Shown piece by piece: positions 24,426-33,207 of a stretch of DNA of 64,000 nucleotides. Source of the DNA: Candidatus Dormiibacterota bacterium (GTDB lineage: Bacteria > Chloroflexota > Dormibacteria > Aeolococcales > Aeolococcaceae); contig DASYKI010000016.1 in NCBI GenBank assembly GCA_035995545.1, positions 820,335 through 884,334 of the forward strand. Direction: 5' to 3'. Both the position numbers and the translations under genes were made by a program. Below the pieces are notes generated by a model, which was given only the letters and a program-made list of their open reading frames with translations, did no database searches and had not been told where the DNA came from. Position 1 is the first letter of the stretch. Every line of letters starts with the position of its first letter.

Positions 24426-24742
24426 TCAGGTCGACTCGACGCTCAGCCGGCTGACGCCGCCCACGATCTCGATGACGTAGCGGTCTGCGTCCTCCGCGGC
24501 GGCGTGCCCTCCACGTGGGCGCGGTACAGCTCCGACATCGCGGTGTCGCTGTCGATGGTCGTGTTGGCGGTCATCGCCCCCGCGCTCATCACCACGGCGA
24601 GGCACTGCAGGTTCGGTGACGTTGATCTTGAGGCGGTCGGCGACGCCCAGCGGTGTCGCTGCTCTGGGCGGCGGGATTTGTCGCGGTGTTCGCACCGCTC
24701 GCCGTCGCCAGGTTCCGGCGCGGGTGAGCGCCGCAGCCTCGT
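24426..24742 (-). pseudogene. Possible frameshifted gene remnant (or sequencing-error-split small gene)
   Basis: A coding-like minus-strand peptide is split over two frames: ..PLGVADRLKINVTEP / NLQCLAVVMSAGAMTANTTIDSDTAMSELYRAHVEG / AAAEDADRYVIEIVGGVSRLSVEST(stop). I recognise no family. Confidence 0.25.
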
Positions 24743-25708
24743 CTAGCGCTCGACCTCTGACGCCGGGATGGTGCCCATGCGCCCGGCGCGGAAGTCGTCG
24801 AACGCCTGGCTCAGCTCCTCGCGGGTGTTCATCACGAACGGTCCGTACCAGGCCACCGGCTCGCCGATGGGCTGGCCGCCCAGCACCAGCACGTCGAGGT
24901 TGGGCGCGTTGGAGTCCTGCGACTGCTCGGCCGACACGGTGATGGCATCGCCCGAACCGAAGACGGCGAGCTGTCCCTTGTGCAGCGGCGCCCGCTGCGG
25001 TCCCGCGGTGCCGCGGCCGGCCAGCGCGTAGACCAGCGCGTTGTACTGGCGCGGCCAGGGCAGCACCAGCTCGGAGCCAGGCGCGAGTGTCGCGTGGACG
25101 AACGCCATCGGCGTGTTGGTGGATCCGGGGCCGGAGTGCCCGGCGACGTCACCGGCGATGACGCGCACCAGCGAGGCGCCGTCGTGCGACCCGAGCAGGG
25201 CGACGTTGCCGGCGCGGATGTCCTGGTACTGCGGCGCAACCAGCTTGCGCGCCGCCGGCAGGTTGACCCACAGCTGGATGCCGTGGAACAGTCCGCCGCT
25301 CATCACCAGCTGCTCGGGCGGACGCTCGATGTGCAGGATGCCCCCACCCGCCGTCATCCACTGCGTGTCGCCGTTGGTGATCATCCCGCCGCCACCGGTG
25401 GAATCGCGGTGCTGGAAGGTGCCGTCGATCATGTAGGTGACGGTCTCGAAGCCGCGATGGGGATGCCACGCGGTGCCCTTCGGCTCGCCGGGGGCGTACT
25501 CGACCTCGCCCATCTGGTCCATGTGGATGAAGGGGTCGAGGAGATTGGTGTCGACGCCGGCGAAGGCGCGGCGGACGGGAAATCCCTCCCCCTCGAAGCC
25601 CGACGGCGCGGTGGTGACGGAGACGACCGGGCGCTGCACGGTGGTGGCCTGGTCGGGACGCGGGATGCGCGGAAGGGCGAGCGGGTTGTCGACGGTGACT
25701 GCGGGCAT
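24743..25708 (-). CDS. Pirin-family protein (bicupin)
   Basis: ATG 25708 has AGGAGG 9 nt upstream. The pirin N-terminal motif WHPHRGFETVTYMIDG is present. It encodes 321 aa and is the real part of track ORF 24743..26737. Confidence 0.92.
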   Translation of the reverse strand: MPAVTVDNPLALPRIPRPDQATTVQRPVVSVTTAPSGFEGEGFPVRRAFAGVDTNLLDPFIHMDQMGEVEYAPGEPKGTAWHPHRGFETVTYMIDGTFQHRDSTGGGGMITNGDTQWMTAGGGILHIERPPEQLVMSGGLFHGIQLWVNLPAARKLVAPQYQDIRAGNVALLGSHDGASLVRVIAGDVAGHSGPGSTNTPMAFVHATLAPGSELVLPWPRQYNALVYALAGRGTAGPQRAPLHKGQLAVFGSGDAITVSAEQSQDSNAPNLDVLVLGGQPIGEPVAWYGPFVMNTREELSQAFDDFRAGRMGTIPASEVER

Positions 25709-25767
25709 AAGGGGGGACCTCCTGAGGGCAACGGTACCCGGGTGTGCGGGTCCGAAACCAGCCCGAC

Positions 25768-26877
25768 TCAGCGGCGGCCGCGGCGGCGCCGGGAGCGCCC
25801 GACGACCGGCCCGTCGCGATGGGGGAGATAGGAGCGATCCCCGATCCACGGCGCGGGCGGCATGAACAGCCGGCGGGTGAGCCGGTTGAGCCACGGCGCG
25901 TACGCCGACCGCACCTGGGTGAACTCCTGCCACGCCGCGTCCTCGGGGCGCATGCGGTACCCGGCCGCGCGCAGCCGCGCCCAGGCGTCGGCGAACTCCT
26001 CGCGCTCGACGAAGGCCTCGCGCTCGCCGCTGTAGCGGTAGTAGCGCCCCAGGTCCTCGATGAGGTGGTTGCCGACCTTGAGCATGAGATGCGCGGGTCC
26101 CTCCGGACCGCCCTCGATGGTGGTCGACACCAGCGCCGCCGCGTCCATGACGGCGCCGAACGAGTTGGGCCAGGCCTCGTTGTCGTGGCTGGACCGGAAG
26201 TACAGCAGCAGCGGGTAGGCGAGGTGGCTCTCCAGCACCTCGACGGTCCAGGTCCGCCACTCCAGGAAGGTGGTGGCGACCTGCTCGGGCATGTGGTACC
26301 GGGCGCAGTTCTCCAGCATCTGCACCCCCGACGGCGGCGCACCGGCGATGGCGTCGAGCGCGACCACCGCGGTCTCGCGGCGCTGGAAGGCGTTGAACAG
26401 CGCGAAGAGCAGGCTGATCACCAGGGCGAAGAGGGCGAACCCGGTGGCCGCCTCGAAGCCCACCAGGACGCGGGCGGCGTTGCCGGTCGGCTCCATGCCG
26501 TCGACGCCGAAGGACAGCATGTTTCCCACCGAAAAGAACAGCGTGGTGCCGAACGTCCCGGGCGTGGGACGGAGCTGGTCGCGCAGGCCGTGCAGCACCA
26601 GCGCATAGCCCGTGATCAGCGCGAACCCCCAGATGAGCAGCAGCACCACCACCATCAGCGGCCCGAAGGCGGCGAGCAGCCCCTCGCGCGTCTGCAGCCG
26701 TCGCGGCTGCGCGGCCACCGGCTGCCAGGCCATCCAAAGGTAGCGGACCAGGGTCGGGCTGAGGCGCACCCGCCCCACCGCGGGGCGCGGCAGCACCACC
26801 GACTGGAACAGGTCGTAGAAGGTGGCCGCGAGCAGCAGGCTGCCCACGCCGATCTCGATGCCGTCGCTGGCACTCAC
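25768..26877 (-). CDS. Ion-channel-like membrane protein (2TM/pore-loop, Ion_trans_2-like) with a large cytoplasmic C-terminal domain
   Basis: This is the real part of track ORF 25768..27696. The start is GTG 26877 and is uncertain. A pore-helix-like segment TLFFSVGNMLSFGVDG lies between hydrophobic helices, followed by a soluble tail of about 200 aa. Confidence 0.65.
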   Translation of the reverse strand: MSASDGIEIGVGSLLLAATFYDLFQSVVLPRPAVGRVRLSPTLVRYLWMAWQPVAAQPRRLQTREGLLAAFGPLMVVVLLLIWGFALITGYALVLHGLRDQLRPTPGTFGTTLFFSVGNMLSFGVDGMEPTGNAARVLVGFEAATGFALFALVISLLFALFNAFQRRETAVVALDAIAGAPPSGVQMLENCARYHMPEQVATTFLEWRTWTVEVLESHLAYPLLLYFRSSHDNEAWPNSFGAVMDAAALVSTTIEGGPEGPAHLMLKVGNHLIEDLGRYYRYSGEREAFVEREEFADAWARLRAAGYRMRPEDAAWQEFTQVRSAYAPWLNRLTRRLFMPPAPWIGDRSYLPHRDGPVVGRSRRRRGRR

Positions 26878-26985
26878 GTGGGCATCAGCGTAGCCGGGTG
26901 ACACCCAGGTTTTCTCAGCAATGCCAGGCGATTCCCAGCCGCCTGTGAGTGTGGCGCCGGGACTCGGGGCGTAGCGTGTGCTGCG

Positions 26986-27921
26986 ATGAGCCCGCTCGCT
27001 TGGGTGGACGACCGCGCCCTCGGCACCGGCGTGCGCGTGGTGGTGACGCGTCCCGACCGTCTCGGCGCGGCCAAGTCCGCCGTCGACACGGTGCTGCGCG
27101 ACATCGACATGGCCTGCAGCCGTTTTCGCGACGACAGCGAGCTCTCGCGCCTCAACGCGCGGCCGGGTGTGGAGACGCAGGTCAGCGAATTGCTGGCACG
27201 CGCGCTGGAGGAGGGGCTGCGCGGTGCCCGCCTCACCGGCGGCGACGTCGATCCCACCGTGGGCACGGCGATGCGCCTGGCCGGCTACGACGTCGACTTC
27301 GCCTCGGTGGCGCCGGACGCGGGGCCACTGGTGCTCACCGCCGCCGCGGTGCCGGGATGGCAGACGGTGCGGTTCAACCGGGTCACGCGCAGCGTGGTGT
27401 TTCCCGCGGGCGTCGAGATCGACCTGGGCGCGACCGCCAAGGCGCTCGCCGCCGACATGGCCGCGCGTGCAGGACTGGACGTGCTCGGCGAGGGTGCCGG
27501 CATCCTGGTCAGCCTCGGCGGTGACATTGCTCTCGCCGGCGTGGCGCCCGAGGGCGGCTGGATCGTTCAGGTCAGCGATGACAGCAACGATCCGATCGAC
27601 GCCGCGGCGGAGAGCATCGCGCTGCACGGTGGGGGAATCGCCAGCTCCAGCACGCGGGTGCGTCGCTGGCGGCGCGGCGGCGTCGAGCTGCACCACATCA
27701 TCGATCCGCGCACCGGCCTGCCCGCGCAGACACCGTGGCGGCTGGCCAGCGTCGTCGCCGACACCTGCGTCGACGCCAACATCGCGTCCACCGCCGCCAT
27801 CGTGCGCGGCGTGGCGGCGGTGGAGTGGCTGGAGGGACTCGGGCTGCCGGCGCGGCTGGTCAGCGGCGACGGCGAGGTGGTGCGCACCGTGCCCTGGCCG
27901 TCGCCGCCGCAGGCTCTGTAG
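26986..27921 (+). CDS. apbE: FAD:protein FMN transferase (ApbE family)
   Basis: ApbE blocks are DPTVGTAMRLAGYD, IDLGATAKALAAD, VSLGGDIA, IASSSTRVRRW and HHIIDPRTG. No signal peptide or lipobox is visible. Confidence 0.88.
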   Translation: MSPLAWVDDRALGTGVRVVVTRPDRLGAAKSAVDTVLRDIDMACSRFRDDSELSRLNARPGVETQVSELLARALEEGLRGARLTGGDVDPTVGTAMRLAGYDVDFASVAPDAGPLVLTAAAVPGWQTVRFNRVTRSVVFPAGVEIDLGATAKALAADMAARAGLDVLGEGAGILVSLGGDIALAGVAPEGGWIVQVSDDSNDPIDAAAESIALHGGGIASSSTRVRRWRRGGVELHHIIDPRTGLPAQTPWRLASVVADTCVDANIASTAAIVRGVAAVEWLEGLGLPARLVSGDGEVVRTVPWPSPPQAL

Positions 27922-28022
27922 CGCGGCTCACAGCAACCTCACAGCGGCGTCGCAGTGCGGGTGGAGCGGCGCGCCGCAGAGTGGGCACCGTCCCCCCAGC
28001 CCTGCAACGAGGTTCACCAGCG

Positions 28023-28367
28023 ATGCCCGGCACTCGGCCCACCCACACCGCCGGCGACCGCGACAGAGCCCTGCGCCGGCTGCGCCGGGTGACCGTGTCC
28101 GCCGCCCTCGGCGGCGTGGGCGCCGTCGGCCTGATCGGCTACGGGCTCGCCGCCGGCAGCCACGCGGCTGCGAGCACGGCGACGTCGTCCTCGACCGTGG
28201 CGACCAGCAGCGCCACCACCACGACCCTGCCCTCGACCGGCGGCACCACCACCGCGACCTCCTCGTCGTCGTCCACGTCGAGCTCGCTGAGCACCTCGCA
28301 GACGGTGACGTCGAGCAGCTCCAGCAGCGCGGCGCACGTGGTCAGCGGCGGCTCGGGACACGGGTGA
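28023..28367 (+). CDS. Small membrane protein with a Ser/Thr-rich low-complexity ectodomain
   Basis: The start is ATG 28023. There is one TM helix (VTVSAALGGVGAVGLIGYGLAA), then about 70 aa of Ser/Thr-rich sequence ending AAHVVSGGSGHG. This is the last 114 codons of track ORF 27735..28367. Confidence 0.5.
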   Translation: MPGTRPTHTAGDRDRALRRLRRVTVSAALGGVGAVGLIGYGLAAGSHAAASTATSSSTVATSSATTTTLPSTGGTTTATSSSSSTSSSLSTSQTVTSSSSSSAAHVVSGGSGHG

Positions 28368-28395
28368 GACCCGATGCGTCGCGCCGCCGGACCGG

Positions 28396-29148
28396 CTATC
28401 GCCGCTGCACCGCCGCCTGGTAGGCGCCCAGGAACAGCGCCGCCAGCGCCGCGTGTCCCCGCGGGCTGGGATGCAGCCCGTCCGGCGCGATGTTGGCGGG
28501 GTCGTTGGCGATGTCCGCGGCGTGCGCGGCGACGTCGACGAGCACCGCACCCTCGCGGGCGACCACGCGCGCCACCGCCGCGTTGTAGGCGTCGACCATC
28601 GCATTGACCGCGGCGGGTCCGGGCACGCTGAATCCCTTGGCCAGCGGGCAGAACGCACTTCCGGACAGACATGCCCGATACGCGGGCAGCTGGTCGATGT
28701 GCGGTGCGTTGCCCACCAGCACGATCGCCCGCCCACCCTGCCGCACCGCGTGCACGATGACCTCGAGGTTGGTCTCGTAGTCGGTTGCCGGCACGCCCGC
28801 CACCAGGTCGTCGATGGTGAAGAACACGGTGGCCACGGTGGGATGCAGCGTCAGCGCCGGTGCCACCTCGCTCTGCTGCGCCGCCGCCGTGGTGATGCCG
28901 GGGACGGCGAGGTTGTACATCGTCGCCGCCCGCGGCAGCGCCTCGTTGAAGAAGAGCTGTGCCCAGGTGTCGCGCAGCCGCAGCGCCTCGTCGTTGAGTC
29001 CGGTGCCCACCGTCTCGCTGGCGCCCAGCGCGACGTACACCTCGGCCCTGCCGGCGTCGCCCACCGCGGGCCCCGGATGCAGCGACCCCGGCGAGCTGGC
29101 GCCACAGGCCGCCAGCAGCAGCACCGCAGCGCCCGCAGTTGCTGCCAT
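28396..29148 (-). CDS. SGNH/GDSL-family hydrolase lipoprotein
   Basis: ATG 29148 gives MAATAGAAVLLLAAC-G (lipobox). SGNH block I is VALGASETVG and block V is PDGLHPSPRG. Confidence 0.82.
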   Translation of the reverse strand: MAATAGAAVLLLAACGASSPGSLHPGPAVGDAGRAEVYVALGASETVGTGLNDEALRLRDTWAQLFFNEALPRAATMYNLAVPGITTAAAQQSEVAPALTLHPTVATVFFTIDDLVAGVPATDYETNLEVIVHAVRQGGRAIVLVGNAPHIDQLPAYRACLSGSAFCPLAKGFSVPGPAAVNAMVDAYNAAVARVVAREGAVLVDVAAHAADIANDPANIAPDGLHPSPRGHAALAALFLGAYQAAVQRR

Positions 29149-29174
29149 CAGCGGCCGCAACGCACGACCGCGGG

Positions 29175-30518
29175 TCACAGCACGCCCACCGCTTCCCGCG
29201 CCGGCAGACGCGCCGCGCGCAGCGCCGGCCACGCCGCCGCCAGCAGCGCCAGCAGCGCCGACCCGCCGACGCCGATGAGCGCCGTCAGCAGCGGGATGCC
29301 ACCCAGGTCGATCCCGGCCAGTCCCTGCTGCACCAGGTAGCCGTTGACCACGGCACCGGTCGCCGCCACCGCGCCCAGGCCCGCCGCCGTGCCCAGCACA
29401 CCGCCCGCAACGCCGCTGAACAGCGCCTCGGCGAGGAACCAGCGCAGCACGTCGCGGTCGCGCGCGCCGATGGCCTTGAGCACCCCGATCTCGCGCCGCC
29501 GCTCGCGCACCGCGGCGAGCAGCGCGTTGGCGATGCCCAGCGCGGCGATGGTCAGCGCGATCAGCCCGATCGACCCCAGCACGATGTCGACGACGTGCAG
29601 GTAGCGCTGCACGGTGGCCACCAGGTGCTCGGGCGCGCTGGTCGAATATCCCAGCGTGGTGATCTCGGCGCGCACGGTGTGGATGTCGTCGAGGGAGCTG
29701 GCCACGACGATCACGCCGGAGTACTTGGTGCTCGGCAGCGGCAGCCCCACCGCGGTGCCGTCCACCCCGGAGGTCTGCCAGCTCCGCGCTGCCCCGACGA
29801 ACTGGCTGGACGCGAGGAACGTCCCCTCGCCCACCTGCTGGGCGACCACCCCGGTGATGGCCACCCGCGTCCAGCGGGCGCGGACGCGGATGTCGCCGGT
29901 GGCCTGCACCTGCGGCGTGCCCAGCTCGACCTCGCTGCCGAGCACCGCCTCGGGGCGCTTGACGTCGAGGTGCAGCCGGTCGAGGTAGTCGAGCCCGACC
30001 GCGACCTCGGTGACCGACCCGGCCGCGGGGATGCGGCCGGCCAGCAGGGTGACGGGCAGGCTGCCGACGGCGTTCAGATCCACCCCGACGGCCACCGCGT
30101 TGAAGGGCTGGACCAGCCCGCGGTCGGGATCGGTGCCGTCGAAGGCGGGAATCGACCGCCCCAGCGGCGGCGGCACCACGATCACCTGCTGGGCCAGCAC
30201 CGGCGTCGCCGACTGCACCGACGGCGCGCCGCGGATCGCCCGCAGCGCGGCGTCGTCCAGGGCACGGGGCGCTCCGGCGCGCGGTGTGTCGCTGTCCGGG
30301 GCGATCGGGTCGGGCGCGGCGGCGGCCACCTTGATCGCGGTGGCCGGGCCGCCCTTGCCCAGTTCGCCGATCACCCGGGTGTCGGCCACCTGGGCGATGG
30401 CCGCCAGGGCCACCAGCAGGCCGCTGCCCAGGGCCACGGCGAGCACGGTCAGCGCCGTGCGCGCCGGACGGCGAAGCACGCTGCGCAGCGCCAGCAGCAG
30501 GCCATCGCGCCAGCTCAT
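29175..30518 (-). CDS. ABC transporter permease, MacB/FtsX type
   Basis: ATG 30518 overlaps the stop of the upstream ATPase (ATGA). There is an N-terminal TM helix, an extracytoplasmic domain of about 260 aa, and a C-terminal FtsX bundle (RRREIGVLKAIGARD). Confidence 0.88.
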   Translation of the reverse strand: MSWRDGLLLALRSVLRRPARTALTVLAVALGSGLLVALAAIAQVADTRVIGELGKGGPATAIKVAAAAPDPIAPDSDTPRAGAPRALDDAALRAIRGAPSVQSATPVLAQQVIVVPPPLGRSIPAFDGTDPDRGLVQPFNAVAVGVDLNAVGSLPVTLLAGRIPAAGSVTEVAVGLDYLDRLHLDVKRPEAVLGSEVELGTPQVQATGDIRVRARWTRVAITGVVAQQVGEGTFLASSQFVGAARSWQTSGVDGTAVGLPLPSTKYSGVIVVASSLDDIHTVRAEITTLGYSTSAPEHLVATVQRYLHVVDIVLGSIGLIALTIAALGIANALLAAVRERRREIGVLKAIGARDRDVLRWFLAEALFSGVAGGVLGTAAGLGAVAATGAVVNGYLVQQGLAGIDLGGIPLLTALIGVGGSALLALLAAAWPALRAARLPAREAVGVL

Positions 30519-31252
30519 CCGTGCACCACCCCGTCGCGGAGGTGGAGCTGCACCCCCGCCCAGGCCGCCACCCGCGGGTTGTGGGTGACCACCACCAGGG
30601 TGCAGCCGCGCTCGGTGACCACCTCGTGGAGGAGGTCGAGGACCCGGTCCGTGGACTCCTCGTCGAGGTTGCCGGTGGGCTCGTCGGCGAGCAGCAGGCG
30701 GGGCTGGTTGGCCAGGGCCCGGGCGATGGCGACGCGCTGCTGCTCGCCGCCGCTGAGCTGGCCGGGCCGGTGGCCGGCGCGGTCGCCCAGGCCGACGGCG
30801 CCGAGCATCTCGTCGGCGCGACGCCGCCGCTGCCCGGGCGGGACTCCGGCCAGGCTCATCGCCAGCATCACGTTCTCGCGCGCGGTGAGCACCTCGACCA
30901 GCCCGAAGTGCTGGAAGACGAAGCCGACCACCTCGCGCCGGTAGGCGGCCAGCCGTGCGCCGCGCAGGCCCGGCAGGTCGACGCCGCCGACCCGCAGCTC
31001 GCCTCCGGTGGGAGGCTCCAGGCCGCCGAGCAGGCTGAGCAGGGTGCTCTTGCCCGCCCCCGACGGCCCCTGCAGCGCGACGTGGCTGCCCGGCTCGAGG
31101 TCGAGGTCGACGCCGCGGAGCACGGGGACGGCGCGCGCGCCGCGGCCGTAGGTGTGGGTCAGCCCCCGCGCCCGCACGGCCACTCCGGCGCCGGCCACGG
31201 CGCTGCCACCGCGGTGCGGCACGGACACGGGACGGCGGAGCACCTCGGACAT
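30515..31252 (-). CDS. ABC transporter ATP-binding protein (MacB/LolD type)
   Basis: The start is ATG 31252. Motifs are Walker A GPSGAGKST, signature LSGGEQQR and Walker B LLLADEPTGNLD. It encodes 245 aa. Confidence 0.92.
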   Translation of the reverse strand: MSEVLRRPVSVPHRGGSAVAGAGVAVRARGLTHTYGRGARAVPVLRGVDLDLEPGSHVALQGPSGAGKSTLLSLLGGLEPPTGGELRVGGVDLPGLRGARLAAYRREVVGFVFQHFGLVEVLTARENVMLAMSLAGVPPGQRRRRADEMLGAVGLGDRAGHRPGQLSGGEQQRVAIARALANQPRLLLADEPTGNLDEESTDRVLDLLHEVVTERGCTLVVVTHNPRVAAWAGVQLHLRDGVVHG

Positions 31253-31336
31253 CGGCGCCCATGGTGCACGGGAACCGATGAGTCGGCGCCCCCGCGCTCG
31301 TCTCACCACTACGCCATCCGTCACAGGAGACATGAC

Positions 31337-31714
31337 ATGGGCCAGCCGGTCGTTCACTTCGAGATCATGGGCAAGGACGGAGCCGCGCTCCGCGAGTACT
31401 ACGCATCGCTGTTCGGGTGGGCGTTCGACACCGCCAACCCGATGGACTACGGCACCGTCGACCCCAAGCAGAACCCCACCAACGACGGCCGGGTGGGCAG
31501 CATCGGCGGTGGGGTGGGGACCGCTCCGGAGGGATACGACGGCCACCTCACCTTCTACATCGCCGTGGACGACGTCGAGGCGGCGCTGGCCAGGGCCGAA
31601 AGCCTGGGCGGCAAGCGCCTGATGGGCCCGTTCACGGTCACCGAGGGCATCGAGATCGGCCAGTTCGCCGACCCCGAGGGGCACATGGTGGGTCTCGTTC
31701 GGGGAAGCATGTAG
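31337..31714 (+). CDS. VOC/glyoxalase family protein (125 aa)
   Basis: ATG 31337 has CAGGAGA upstream. The sequence reads MGQPVVHFEIMGKDGAALREYYASLFGW...FADPEGHMVGLV. Confidence 0.85.
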   Translation: MGQPVVHFEIMGKDGAALREYYASLFGWAFDTANPMDYGTVDPKQNPTNDGRVGSIGGGVGTAPEGYDGHLTFYIAVDDVEAALARAESLGGKRLMGPFTVTEGIEIGQFADPEGHMVGLVRGSM

Positions 31715-31734
31715 GCTTGGCGACCACGACGGCC

Positions 31735-32763
31735 ATGCCAGCGCAGACCATGGAGGCACCGGTGAGTCAGCTCGTCCGTGAGGGGGTGACTCCTCGGATC
31801 CCCCTGGCCGACCCGACCCAGCTCGACCTCGACGGCCATCGTGCCGAGCTGACCGGCTACTGCTACCGCATGCTGGGCTCGACCTTCGAGGCCGACGACG
31901 CGGTGCAGGAGACCCTGCTGCGCGCGTGGCAGGCGGTGGACCGCTTCGAGGGGCGCGCCTCGCTGCGTTCGTGGCTGTTCCGCATCGCCACCAACGTCTG
32001 CCTCGACGCCCTGCGCGGTCGCAAGCGCCGTGCCATCCCCATGGACCTCTCGTCGCCGGTGCCGTGCAGCACCGAGCCCGGCGACATCACCCCCGAGAAC
32101 GTCTGGGTGACTCCGATCGCGGACGCCGACGCGGGGCTCAGCGCCGCCGACCCCGCCGAGCGGGTGATCGCCCAGGACAGCATCCGGCTCGCCTTCGTCG
32201 CGGCGCTGCAGCACCTGCCACCGCGACAGCGCGCCGTGCTGCTGCTCCGCGAGGTGCTGCAGTGGTCGGCCGCCGAGGTCGCCGAGCTGCTCGACACCAG
32301 CGTGGCCTCGGTGAACAGCGCGCTGCAGCGGGCGCGCGCCACCATCGACGCGCGCAACGTCAGCGCCGACGACCCCACCGGCCCGCTCGGCGACCGCGAG
32401 CGCGAGCTCCTCGCCCGCTACGTGCAGCTCTTCGAGAGCTACGACATCGACGGCCTGGTCTCACTGATGCACCGCGACGCAAGCATCTCCATGCCGCCGT
32501 ACCCGTTCTGGCTGCGCGGCCGCGACGACCTGCGCGGCTGGTACCTCGGTCACGGTATCGGCTGCAAGGGTTCGCGCCTCGTCCCCATCGCCGTCAACGG
32601 CTCGCCCGGCTTCGCCCAGTACCGCGCCAGCGGGCCCAACGGCGAGCACGAGCCGTGGTCGATCCAGGTGCTGGAGATCAGCGACGGGCAGGTGGTGCAC
32701 GTGCACCACTTCCTCGATCCCGCGCTGTTCGCGCGGTTCGGCGTCCCGGCGCGGCTCAGCTAG
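31735..32763 (+). CDS. ECF-type sigma-70 factor with a fused C-terminal NTF2/SnoaL-like domain
   Basis: Region 2 is DDAVQETLLRAW..WLFRIATNVCLDALR. Region 4 is LPPRQRAVLLLREVLQWSAAEVAELLDTSVASVNSALQRAR. An extension of about 130 aa follows. The start is ATG 31735, with alternatives TTG 31717 and ATG 31750. Confidence 0.88.
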   Translation: MPAQTMEAPVSQLVREGVTPRIPLADPTQLDLDGHRAELTGYCYRMLGSTFEADDAVQETLLRAWQAVDRFEGRASLRSWLFRIATNVCLDALRGRKRRAIPMDLSSPVPCSTEPGDITPENVWVTPIADADAGLSAADPAERVIAQDSIRLAFVAALQHLPPRQRAVLLLREVLQWSAAEVAELLDTSVASVNSALQRARATIDARNVSADDPTGPLGDRERELLARYVQLFESYDIDGLVSLMHRDASISMPPYPFWLRGRDDLRGWYLGHGIGCKGSRLVPIAVNGSPGFAQYRASGPNGEHEPWSIQVLEISDGQVVHVHHFLDPALFARFGVPARLS

Positions 32764-33087
32764 CTAGCAGCCCGCCACCGCGCCCCGCAGCCCCAGCCAG
32801 CCCAGCAGCGACGCCAGCTCGGGGCTCATCGCCCAGAGCTGCAGGTCGGCGCCGAGACGGTGGGCGGCCAGGCGCAGTCGCGCCAGCGTGTTGACCACGG
32901 CGATGTCGGGCGCCACCAGGCGCGAGAGGTCGCAGACGATGACGCCGCCGCGCGTGTGCAGGGCGCAGACGCACTCACCGATGCGGGCCAGCTCGGCGGG
33001 CGTCGTCACGGTGCCGGAGACCAGCACCGACCAGCCGGCGGCTCGCCACAGCGGTGCAGCGGCGCCGGCCAGCGGTGCGGGGTCCAT
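32764..33087 (-). CDS. STAS-domain protein (anti-sigma-factor-antagonist-like)
   Basis: It encodes 107 aa. The STAS-like core is VLVSGTVTTPAELARIGECV..VIVCDLSRLVAPDIAVVNTLARLRL. Its stop abuts the stop of the sigma gene (tagcta). Confidence 0.6.
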   Translation of the reverse strand: MDPAPLAGAAAPLWRAAGWSVLVSGTVTTPAELARIGECVCALHTRGGVIVCDLSRLVAPDIAVVNTLARLRLAAHRLGADLQLWAMSPELASLLGWLGLRGAVAGC

Positions 33088-33207
33088 CGACGGGCGCCTC
33101 CTGCGCGCGGGAAATTCGTCCTCTGCGCCATCGGGCGCCGAGATGTTGGACGTTCGGGGCCGCGCGGACTCATCGGCGCGGAGCCCGCGCGGTTAACGTC
33201 TCGCGGC

